From positions 1 through 45,361 of the forward strand of contig JBBCAW010000019.1 of NCBI GenBank assembly GCA_051382295.1: DNA of 45,361 nt. The letters run 5' to 3'. This document shows positions 1 through 8,181 of the stretch, one piece after another. A program made the position numbers and the translations under genes. Under the pieces are notes generated by a model that saw only the letters and a list, made by a program, of their open reading frames with translations, was not told the origin of the DNA and ran no database searches. Position 1 is the stretch's first letter, and each line of letters starts with the position of its first letter. Source of the stretch: Bdellovibrionota bacterium FG-1. GTDB taxonomy: Bacteria > Bdellovibrionota > UBA1018.

Positions 1-1
1 G

Positions 2-98
2 GGCTAAGCTGCGTAGACAATTTGGCTTGGAAAAAATCGTACGAATTGACCGCTTAGCCAGATCTCCCCGGCGGGGATCTTAGCCAGAAACTAGCCAA
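2..98. repeat. Cluster of (C)TTAGCCA repeats flanking a GC hairpin
   Basis: CTTAGCCAGA at 53-62 and 79-88, CTAGCCA at 91-97, inverted GGCTAAG at 2-8; GATC(T)CCCC-GGC-GGGGATC hairpin at 61-79. Confidence 0.55.
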
Positions 99-104
99 CT
101 CCAG

Positions 105-365
105 TCATATCGGGTCATGTGGGATGCCGTAGGAACTGGGTAACTGCGCGAAAACTCTGTTAATGATTTCAAATAGAAAGCCCCGTTTGTCACCAAAAGG
201 GGCCCGGAAAATGGTGGAGTCGAATTTCTCTTCGAGCTTCAAGCACAAGTCGAAGCTTCGCATTCTAGCCTGGAGCACGAACTGGTAGATTGCCCAGGCA
301 GCGCCGAGAGCGCCAAAGAGAAATTTTAATAGGTCCATCGGAGTCGTCGGTAGAAAAGATGACAT
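105..365 (-). CDS. Small membrane-anchored hypothetical protein, possibly truncated
   Basis: AAGGA RBS upstream; hydrophobic segment LLKFLFGALGAAWAIYQFV followed by an amphipathic helix; C-terminus looks unstructured. Confidence 0.35.
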   Translation of the reverse strand: MSSFLPTTPMDLLKFLFGALGAAWAIYQFVLQARMRSFDLCLKLEEKFDSTIFRAPFGDKRGFLFEIINRVFAQLPSSYGIPHDPI

Positions 366-660
366 ATTGTGTCATTCCTTATTGATGGGGGCACGCTCCT
401 AATACGAGTCGGGAAAAATCGGAAAAACTATATGAGTTACACATAATTTGGCGTTCTATTGCGTGTCTTAGTTTGATGAACCTGATAGAAGCGTCAATAG
501 GGTGCCAGACCCGACTGGGTTAGCGGCGGTTCGTCAAATTGGAGAATATTGCCGCGTGATTCAATACCTAGATCGTCAGCCGGAAGATTCGGTCAAAATC
601 GCGCAGGGCGTAGCTATAACTATGTCTGCCTAAAGCGGCGAGGAGCTTACTGAAATTCGT

Positions 661-1638
661 ATGGCCGAAACTGAGAATATTTCTAAGATTGCAAAAAAAG
701 TTTCTGACGAGTTGTTCTCTGCTTTTGGCTGGGAAAGGGTCGGTCCAATTAACCAAAACTGGACTTGTGCTCAGCCCGAAGAGCACCAAACTGGCGCGAA
801 TACACATCCCTCGGATGTTGTCTTTCATTACGATGATCCTTATAAGAAGGGGTCTGTCTATGTCAGCGTTGATTTAAAGAGCTATGCAGCGGCATCCATT
901 ACGACTGCCAGTGTTGCGGGGGCGATCGCATCGCTCGGCAAGGCAACAACGTGTGCAAACCTTTCAGATAAGTTCACAAGTCTCTACGTTAGGAATTCGG
1001 AAACTGCACACTGGGAAGTTGTGGGGCTACTTTTTGTCTATAATCATGATGGTGAATTTGAAAAAAGTTTTTCAGCGCTCTCACAGCAAATTGCGGAAGT
1101 GAACTACGCCATTCCCCAAGATCGTCGGATGTTCCTGATGGGCCCAGATAAGATTTCCTATTTATACAATGTCGCTCTTGACCTGATTTATCTGAAAGGA
1201 CGAGGGCAAATAGAAGGTGAGTACAAATTTTATTTTCCGGATTTAATCAATCTAAAGGCTAAGAATGATCGCGAGGCAGATGCAGCCACTTTGGAGTGGC
1301 TAACGGGACCATGGCAAATTATTAAGTCCGGAAAAAATACTCTCGTATATTTCGATCATGGCAGCCCGACCGTTGATGATTTCAAATACCTCTTGGACTT
1401 TTTGTTTAGATATCAACTTGTAGAACAGAAAAATAAGATTCAGGTACGCATGGTTCGATCTAGCTCTGATCAGAGTGATTCGGCAGCCATTTTTGACAAA
1501 GCGAAGGGGGAGTACGCCGCCGCTGTCCACCCTTTAGAAAAAGACGTTTTTCAGAAGCGATTGCAAGTTATCGGCTTTGAAAGAATCCCAACAAAAACTA
1601 CTTTTTTTGATCATATTCAGATTGGAATGGAGCGATGA
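661..1638 (+). CDS. Putative PD-(D/E)xK nuclease, first gene of a candidate anti-phage operon (GAPS4a-like)
   Basis: HPSD-VVF...VDLKSY motif pattern; ATGA overlap with next gene; AT-richer than the ICE. Confidence 0.55.
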   Translation: MAETENISKIAKKVSDELFSAFGWERVGPINQNWTCAQPEEHQTGANTHPSDVVFHYDDPYKKGSVYVSVDLKSYAAASITTASVAGAIASLGKATTCANLSDKFTSLYVRNSETAHWEVVGLLFVYNHDGEFEKSFSALSQQIAEVNYAIPQDRRMFLMGPDKISYLYNVALDLIYLKGRGQIEGEYKFYFPDLINLKAKNDREADAATLEWLTGPWQIIKSGKNTLVYFDHGSPTVDDFKYLLDFLFRYQLVEQKNKIQVRMVRSSSDQSDSAAIFDKAKGEYAAAVHPLEKDVFQKRLQVIGFERIPTKTTFFDHIQIGMER

Positions 1639-2912
1639 GCAAGAAAGTCCATTACCCAATTTATTTTGCTGAAGACAAAGATGTGTTCGATCTGCTGGCG
1701 TCTTCAAAGCGGATTTTTGATGATAACCGACTGATACAGATCGCACGGAAGCGCGGGATTATCTTGAGTGCATCTACTAGTCGAGATGATTTGGTTCAAT
1801 ACCTTTCCAGACTCACGTGGGGATGGTTACAAATTCAAGAACTTGTTGCATTAACTGAAAGTCGAGATCGAACTGAAAAAGTAGCGAACGAGACTGTCAC
1901 GACGAAGCTTGAGGCCGCCAAACTGCAAGAGGCGGCTATCGCAGTTAAGAAGGAACGTAGCGAAAAAAGCGATGAAGTCTACAGCATCCATAAAGGTGAT
2001 GATGACAAAGTAACTATCAAGGTTAGTTACACCGATTTTGAGCCGTCCAGAACGCGGCTAAGTCAGAGAGTTCAGAGAGACCTGCTGATGGAGATCGAAA
2101 AAACTGAAGACGGGTATGTATTTCGACACAACGCAAACGAACGTGGTCGAGAAATTGTTTCAAAGATTATCGAAAAACTACCACGTGAGTTAGAGGCGCC
2201 AGTGGTCCCTGAACGACTTAGTTTAGCTGGTATTAAAGATCCAGCTAAGCGAACAGAGTTTTTTCTGCATCTCATCCAAAATCTTCAAGGTTTCAAGTTG
2301 GTTAATGTCACTTCCGTCAGTGTTGATCGCGTAGCTGCCGAAGAGGACGATCATTCTAAGTTTGAAGCAGAACTAGGAAGTGGCTCATTAGTGGATCAGG
2401 ATGATTTTGAGAGCGAGGGGTCTACTCCGGATGAAAACGCCGAAGAGACGGTGGAAGAAACCGCCGCAATGCTTAGTGTCGTGCGGAAAGTGGCGCTCCA
2501 TGGAGAGAATCTCTTGGGCTCCCCCCAGTTTGATCAATTGAAGAAGGACAGATTTTTCTTGAGTCGAGCAGTTTGGCGGTCGAGCGAGTCCCGCCAAGGT
2601 GGAAACGAGTTAGACTTTGAAGCTGATTTTGAAGATGCGAAGAATTGCGCGGGTTTTAGATATAATGTTCTTGGGATTTACAGTCGGAAGACTCGCGGCA
2701 ACCAAGAGGTTAAAAAGACCCGTGCCGCTGTCGCGGCTTCCGACCGCGCAAAATATCTATCTTTGATCGAGAGAGCGGCCAAAGCTGCTCATCTTGCAGT
2801 AGTTGTTGACAGTCCAAAAGATGCTAGTTCTACTACTCATGGTGTCCAAGTTAGCGAATCGGGAACTGCCACGATGCAGGATGAGAAAAGCCACCGAGAG
2901 ACAAAAAGGTAA
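1635..2912 (+). CDS. Hypothetical protein, accessory subunit of candidate defence operon (GAPS4b-like architecture)
   Basis: 425-aa ORF coupled on both sides (ATGA, TAATG); N-terminal ..RKRGII..R..L..YL.RL helical region; acidic internal linker. Confidence 0.5.
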   Translation: MSKKVHYPIYFAEDKDVFDLLASSKRIFDDNRLIQIARKRGIILSASTSRDDLVQYLSRLTWGWLQIQELVALTESRDRTEKVANETVTTKLEAAKLQEAAIAVKKERSEKSDEVYSIHKGDDDKVTIKVSYTDFEPSRTRLSQRVQRDLLMEIEKTEDGYVFRHNANERGREIVSKIIEKLPRELEAPVVPERLSLAGIKDPAKRTEFFLHLIQNLQGFKLVNVTSVSVDRVAAEEDDHSKFEAELGSGSLVDQDDFESEGSTPDENAEETVEETAAMLSVVRKVALHGENLLGSPQFDQLKKDRFFLSRAVWRSSESRQGGNELDFEADFEDAKNCAGFRYNVLGIYSRKTRGNQEVKKTRAAVAASDRAKYLSLIERAAKAAHLAVVVDSPKDASSTTHGVQVSESGTATMQDEKSHRETKR

Positions 2913-3607
2913 TGGCAGTTCTTCTTCATTGGTTCAATGCCTCTCTCTCTGCGTCTGATCTCTCTATCCTGGGCGATGCAATGCTGAAGCATGGAGTAAC
3001 ACGGAGCCGTGGGTCTGGGTTTCGTGTGTTGAGCAAGCGTCCAAAAGAGATCAACGGTACGTACTTTGAAAAGCTTGAGTTTAACTACGTATCAGTTGAC
3101 CCTTTTGGCGTAAAATCTACTTATCCACGCACTGAATACAGTAATGTTAATTTCTCACTTACCGAGGACTGGCCTTCTATTGAGTTGCGTGATTGCTCCC
3201 GGGGATCCGCTTCGTTTGGACGGCGTTTGCGAGAATATCTAGGTGTACAATTTAATATTAGTCGCGTTGAAATTGAAGTTTTGGATTGGCTCGATCATAT
3301 CGAAAGAGCGGTAGAAGATTTCGGGGTCTTATCTCTTGATATTGATTCTGTTGAGTTGTCCGCACACGCTAGTGGAATCGTACGAATTACTAGCGATCAA
3401 GATGTTCGGAGAGAATTGAAGTCTTTCGTGAGAGATCGCCAGTATAGGGTGGTAAAGGCTTTGATTCGGTGGAATTTTAATTCTGGTGGCGTTACTTCCT
3501 GTGAATTACGAAGAAATGGCTCAGTTAAGTTTTTGGAAGACTCAAGTGAGCGCACTGTTGGGGTAGTGCGTGAAGCGCTTAAGATGTCCAGAAAAGTGAT
3601 TAGTTAG
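2912..3607 (+). CDS. Hypothetical protein, third gene of candidate defence operon
   Basis: 231-aa ORF; start overlaps the upstream stop (TAATG). Confidence 0.6.
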   Translation: MAVLLHWFNASLSASDLSILGDAMLKHGVTRSRGSGFRVLSKRPKEINGTYFEKLEFNYVSVDPFGVKSTYPRTEYSNVNFSLTEDWPSIELRDCSRGSASFGRRLREYLGVQFNISRVEIEVLDWLDHIERAVEDFGVLSLDIDSVELSAHASGIVRITSDQDVRRELKSFVRDRQYRVVKALIRWNFNSGGVTSCELRRNGSVKFLEDSSERTVGVVREALKMSRKVIS

Positions 3608-3666
3608 TTTGGAAGATTTGCAAGTAAAGCAGGCGCCCAGACACGTCCGCAGAAAAAGTTGGTGTC

Positions 3667-3708
3667 TGGTCGATGCGACGGGATTCGACACTCCGATCCT
3701 TTGGTCCC
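3667..3708 (-). pseudogene. Degenerate tRNA-Pro 3' half (anticodon loop to CCA); probable att scar and left ICE boundary
   Basis: Minus strand reads GGGACCAAAGGATCGGAGTGTCGAATCCCGTCGCATCGACCA, matching the tRNA-Pro pattern GGGACC..GGT-CGGAG-GTTCGAAT-CC...CG-ACCA with mismatches; no 5' half present. Confidence 0.65.
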
Positions 3709-3844
3709 CCTCGCCCAAAAAAACGGTGCAAATTGATCTCGGAGTCTGCAATAACCATTGATATCGAACCGCGAAAAGCCGAAATTTCGGCAGGACCTAC
3801 ACTCATGAGAATGACACGTTAAACGGTGGTTCCCAGGGTACGTT

Positions 3845-4423
3845 TCACGGTTTGAGCCGCGTGGCGGTCAACACGCAGCGCTCCGCCCGACTTCTTGCCC
3901 AATAACAAAGTACGGATACGATGAAAAGTACGACGTTTTCCGGTAAAAGCAGAACCCATCCTAACTCGGCGATCACGTAACCTGTGTACATCGGATGCCG
4001 AACCCATCGATAGACGCCTTCTCGGCATTCTTGACCGCGAAGTCCTGGTGAAACGCCCACTCTTGTCCCCAGCTCGATAGTGGCAAGTGTCGCCAGGAGA
4101 AAGCCAACTACAGCTCCGAAATCCGCAATCATGATCATCCATGTGGGGACTGGAACTCTCGGTACGGCATAAAAAAGCGGGAGCGCGGTCGAAATGTAGG
4201 CAAGGGCCGCCTGCCTGATGGTGCCCTGCTTAATGGCCGGTACCCTCGCTAAAAGAAAGACCGACCACAGCAAGTCTCTGAAGAAGAGAAAGGCATAAAA
4301 CAGACGTTCCGAATGGGACCATCGCCACCCGGCGATGGCTGCAAACGCCATCATCAGTAGAGCACCACCCATCCCTGATAAGTCGTTCCTGAGCTTGCTT
4401 TGCAGCCATCGCATGATCGTCAT
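3845..4423 (-). CDS. Isoprenylcysteine carboxyl methyltransferase (ICMT/PEMT) family membrane methyltransferase
   Basis: Multiple TM segments; GVYRWVRHPMY motif; C-terminal R..AE..L. Confidence 0.85.
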   Translation of the reverse strand: MTIMRWLQSKLRNDLSGMGGALLMMAFAAIAGWRWSHSERLFYAFLFFRDLLWSVFLLARVPAIKQGTIRQAALAYISTALPLFYAVPRVPVPTWMIMIADFGAVVGFLLATLATIELGTRVGVSPGLRGQECREGVYRWVRHPMYTGYVIAELGWVLLLPENVVLFIVSVLCYWARSRAERCVLTATRLKP

Positions 4424-4446
4424 GATTTTTACCTAGTGGCGGGGCA

Positions 4447-4584
4447 TTAGGGACCCGGGTTACCGCCACCATCGCGGTCCATCAGGATCATCGCGCCCAC
4501 CTTACCGGCGAAGACCGGACTTATGCTCTGAATGGCGGCTCCTACCGCAAGAATAATCGCGAACACTTGAAGTACTCGTTTCAT
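4447..4584 (-). CDS. 45-aa secreted peptide precursor MKRVLQVFAIILAVGAAIQSISPVFA-GKVGAMILMDRDGGGNPGP (not in ORF track)
   Basis: ATG overlaps the hydrolase stop (ATGA); AAGGA RBS; n-region MKR, hydrophobic h-region, P-V-F-A SPase I site; fills the gap between two operon genes. Confidence 0.8.
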   Translation of the reverse strand: MKRVLQVFAIILAVGAAIQSISPVFAGKVGAMILMDRDGGGNPGP

Positions 4585-5408
4585 ACATCATCCTTTTTGC
4601 TGTCGATGATTAATTCTTCGATCAGACCTGCGACAGCATCAGGTTGATCAAATGTGACAAAATGTCCGGCCCCAGCAACTAACCTAAATTCTGCGCCAAT
4701 CATACGCGCGTCGGTCTCAAGCGTAGCCGGTGGAAGCATGAGGTCAAGTTCACCGGCAATGAAATATTTTGGAATCGAGAGAAGCCGGAGCATTTCGACG
4801 AAATCAATCTTGGGGGCTCCTTGACTGAGAACCGGGAGCACTTGCTCGAACGTCTTCCAGGAAACAAGATCAGCCGTTAAAAGACGCTTTCCGCGTTCGA
4901 CCGTGGCGGGCGAAAAATACAACAGGCCGTAGCTTGAAAGTAACCGCGTCAAGGTTTCTCGCGATGGATTTCTCTCCCACTCAACGTCGGCTGCGCTGAG
5001 TTCCGGCGTCATGTACTTGAAATATTGCTGGACCGCGACGGCATATGCAGCGGCGCTAAAAGGGGTTGCGATGGCAATGAGGCCGCCCAATTCAAGGCGA
5101 TTACGCTGAGCGAGTTGTGCGCAAAAAAGCGCGCCAAAGGAGTGTCCGCATAGAATCAGGGGACCCTTGAGTTCCATCAGTGTCGCCTCGATGGCGCTCA
5201 CCACGGAGTCAAAGGTTGGATTCGCGGCCTCTTCCTGCTCGCCACTCCCCGGCGTATCTACATATGAAATATTGAATGAACGCGCGAGCACGTCCATTGA
5301 ACGAAGTGTGGCGGAACTCAGGCCGGGTCCGCCCGGAATAAAACAAATCATCGGCCGTGCCCCGGCGTGTGGATGGGAACTCCGTATTTGGGTCAGTTTC
5401 GCTTTCAC
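4581..5408 (-). CDS. Alpha/beta hydrolase, proline iminopeptidase (S33)-like
   Basis: PGGPG oxyanion motif, GHSFG nucleophile elbow, GELD acid, AGHF catalytic His; GTGA overlap with upstream regulator. Confidence 0.85.
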   Translation of the reverse strand: MKAKLTQIRSSHPHAGARPMICFIPGGPGLSSATLRSMDVLARSFNISYVDTPGSGEQEEAANPTFDSVVSAIEATLMELKGPLILCGHSFGALFCAQLAQRNRLELGGLIAIATPFSAAAYAVAVQQYFKYMTPELSAADVEWERNPSRETLTRLLSSYGLLYFSPATVERGKRLLTADLVSWKTFEQVLPVLSQGAPKIDFVEMLRLLSIPKYFIAGELDLMLPPATLETDARMIGAEFRLVAGAGHFVTFDQPDAVAGLIEELIIDSKKDDV

Positions 5409-6793
5409 GTCGGACCTCCTTGGGGATCAATAGAGAGCAAGGGCCGTCCGGGCTTGGATAGCATCGCGTTTCCGATTCCGAGTTTTTTGATCCACCGAAA
5501 AAGCGTGGTGGGATGCATGGATAAGGACTTGGCGGCCGTTGTCCTGTTTCCGTGGGTTTTTTCTAACGCGGTCAGAATCTCCGTTCGGATCTGTTGATAG
5601 CGCGAGATCAACGGACTCGCTTCGGCGCTGGTGGCGGGGGTACCGATGCCTGACAAGGCTTCGCGAACGGTGTCGCCGTCCAGTTCTCGCTTGTTGGAAA
5701 GAATCACGATCTTCTGGATCACGTTTTGAAGTTCACGCGTATTGCCGCGCCATGAATGCGCAAGGAGCGCATCAATGCCACTCGCGCGGACGGCGAAAGG
5801 TTGATCTCCGCAGAGATCACTCAAAAAGGTTGTCGTGTAGTATTCGATGTCTTCGGGGCGTTCGCGAAGAGGGGGGAGGTGGACTGTTACTGCGTTGATC
5901 CGTTGAAGAAGATCCAGGCGGAAATCGTTACCTTTAACCATCTCATCAAGATCTCGATTGGTGGCGGCGACGAACTGAACATCAACTTTCATGGAGCGCT
6001 TCGATCCCAGGGGTTGAATTTCCTTTTCCTGAATCGCCCGGAGGAGCTTTGCCTGGACCGGCAGGGAACATTCGCCCAGCTCATCAAGAAAGAAGATTCC
6101 ATTATGCGCCTGCGCAATCAGTCCAAGCTGGTCAGCATGGGCGCCGGTAAATGAGCCCCGGGCGTGACCAAAAAGCTGGGACTCAGCTGTATCGCGTGGG
6201 ATGGTCGCCATGTTTGCCGTAACCATTTTCTTTTTCATGCGGGAGGCGTAGTGCTTCGCAAGAACCTCTTTGCCCGCGCCGGTTTCGCCGGTGATGAGGA
6301 TTGTGCAGCTCACGCCGCTCCGGGCGATCCGCTCAACGGTGTCTAAAACCCGTTTAACCTGCGGCGAGCGAGTTTGAAAAGTGAAAGCGCCGCTTTCTTT
6401 GGTCCGGCGCTGTTTTAGGTCGAAACCCTTATTGATGGCCACCCGGAGATCCCGCTCGTAGTCATTCGACTTAGTAATGAAATCGACCAGAGGGCGACGC
6501 ATGGCTTCGACGACCCGCTTGGTCGTGCGGTCACCGCTCAAAACCACGATAGAAAGCTCCGGTTTTTCATGGAAAGCCCAATCCATGAAGTCGAGGCCGT
6601 CATTTTCCTGGCCTTCAAAGTTAAGATCGACCACTACGACATCGATCGGGTTATTGCGGGCGGTCGCCTTTCCGGCGTTAACCGAGCTTGCGGTCAGTAC
6701 GTCGTAGGCATCGCGCAAAAGGATCTGGGCATTCCTCAGAAGGTCGAGATCATCATCAATCAATAAAATTTTTGGACGATTTTGGCCCTGCAT
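5405..6793 (-). CDS. Sigma54-dependent response regulator (NtrC/AtoC family: REC-AAA+-Fis HTH)
   Basis: IDDD/VVD receiver, GETGAGKE Walker A, ESQLFGH.RGSFTGA, FLDE, ATNRDL, W.GN.REL, C-terminal HTH. Confidence 0.95.
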   Translation of the reverse strand: MQGQNRPKILLIDDDLDLLRNAQILLRDAYDVLTASSVNAGKATARNNPIDVVVVDLNFEGQENDGLDFMDWAFHEKPELSIVVLSGDRTTKRVVEAMRRPLVDFITKSNDYERDLRVAINKGFDLKQRRTKESGAFTFQTRSPQVKRVLDTVERIARSGVSCTILITGETGAGKEVLAKHYASRMKKKMVTANMATIPRDTAESQLFGHARGSFTGAHADQLGLIAQAHNGIFFLDELGECSLPVQAKLLRAIQEKEIQPLGSKRSMKVDVQFVAATNRDLDEMVKGNDFRLDLLQRINAVTVHLPPLRERPEDIEYYTTTFLSDLCGDQPFAVRASGIDALLAHSWRGNTRELQNVIQKIVILSNKRELDGDTVREALSGIGTPATSAEASPLISRYQQIRTEILTALEKTHGNRTTAAKSLSMHPTTLFRWIKKLGIGNAMLSKPGRPLLSIDPQGGPT

Positions 6794-6798
6794 AATAT

Positions 6799-8181
6799 TT
6801 ACCTCGAAAGCCTGATTTCAAAGCAGGCGCCTCCCATTTCGGAGACGCGATAAATGATCCTTCCACCATGTGCTCTTATGATGTGATTGGCCGTCGCAAG
6901 GCCAAAGGCTTGTCTGTCATTCTTGGTTGATTTGGCTCGACCTTGGAGATAAAGGCCGACCTGATCCTGTGCCAATCCCGGTCCGTCATCCATCACCTCA
7001 ATGGTGGTCGCATCGGTGAGGTTCTTTACGACGACTCGGACCCGGTCGCGGCAAGCGTCGAGCGCGTTTTTCACCAGATTGCCGACTGCCCGGCCAAGAA
7101 GTTGAGTGTCATGGGCCACCACTACCGCGGTGTCCGGGATCTGGCTTTCAACATGAACCAATCCAAAACGCGGAGACGCGAGATTTGCCAACTCTGTGGC
7201 CGCAGTGATGCAAGCGCGGATATCTTCCGTTTTGAGAACCTCGGCCTCGAAATCGAGATTCGCCCGGGCGACGGTTACCTGGTTAAGAATCTGTTCGGCA
7301 ATCAGGGGGATCCGTTCAGCGCTATCCTTTCGCTCTTCGGCAGTAAGATGCGGCAGGCCTGTCACTTTAATGAGAGTCTGGAGTGCCGCGACTGGATTGT
7401 GAAGGTCATGGATCAGGCGTTTATAAGCTTCGGTGGCAAGCTCCTTGGCCCGCTTTTCAGCGAGTGCATCGAGGGCACTTACGAGAGCCAGATGGGTTTC
7501 AAGGATGGCGTCCCGAATGTGATCCAGTTCCATGATGGCGGTGGGGGTAAGTGCTGCTGGATTTCTGAGTGTTTTAAGGGACCGAATGGCCTCATCCAAA
7601 TCTGCTACGGGACGAAGGGCACGCTCGATCGTGTGTTTGAGTTTATTTCTGGCCATGCTGCCAATGAGAAGGCCGATGGCCAAAACAACCAGCGCCATGA
7701 ACACGGACCAGCATAGAATTGAGTAAAGCGGTGTGACCATGATGATTCTGGCGTCTTCCTGTTTTGGGCCATTGGGACGATGAAGTGGAATTTGGGTCAG
7801 GAGGCCGCGCGTAGTAAGGAAGCTTTGTGAGCTGAGGCGCAATGAGGGGGGTGGATCGTAGGGCTGGTCCAGCTCGGAAAGGGAACCCGAAGAGGCATAG
7901 ACGATTCCATCATCGACGATCATCACGGCGCTGTTTTTCTCAGTACCGATCGATTTTGCCAGGCGCTGAAGCTCAGGACGATCCTGGGTCTCGACCAAAC
8001 TCGCAACATGGGCGCTAACGGCTTGCAGGATTTGGACGTCAGTTCGTAGCTCCGCCACGAGAACGGTTCCTCCAAAGGCTAGGCTAATGAGCACGGCCGT
8101 GGCCGCCTGGATCCCTCGCCGGTATTTTCCGAGAGTTTGGTCAACGTGGGATGCAAGAGGAATGGCTTTTGGTGTCCCCAT
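6799..8181 (-). CDS. Membrane sensor histidine kinase
   Basis: Two TM helices flanking a periplasmic domain; HAMP-like linker; H-box IHDLHNP, N-box NLVKNALDA, G1 DDGPG, degenerate G2 AFGL, HGG. Confidence 0.92.
   Translation of the reverse strand: MGTPKAIPLASHVDQTLGKYRRGIQAATAVLISLAFGGTVLVAELRTDVQILQAVSAHVASLVETQDRPELQRLAKSIGTEKNSAVMIVDDGIVYASSGSLSELDQPYDPPPSLRLSSQSFLTTRGLLTQIPLHRPNGPKQEDARIIMVTPLYSILCWSVFMALVVLAIGLLIGSMARNKLKHTIERALRPVADLDEAIRSLKTLRNPAALTPTAIMELDHIRDAILETHLALVSALDALAEKRAKELATEAYKRLIHDLHNPVAALQTLIKVTGLPHLTAEERKDSAERIPLIAEQILNQVTVARANLDFEAEVLKTEDIRACITAATELANLASPRFGLVHVESQIPDTAVVVAHDTQLLGRAVGNLVKNALDACRDRVRVVVKNLTDATTIEVMDDGPGLAQDQVGLYLQGRAKSTKNDRQAFGLATANHIIRAHGGRIIYRVSEMGGACFEIRLSR

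Noticed and set aside
212..225. TGGTGGAGTCGAA as a second tRNA 3' remnant
   Set aside because: Match is too short, T-arm spacing is wrong and it lies inside a plausible ORF.
6943..7716. 257-aa plus-strand ORF and similar long antisense ORFs (17468-18142, 21456-22031, 28715-29323, 29713-30336)
   Set aside because: Shadow ORFs opposite well-supported genes, with no recognisable motifs.
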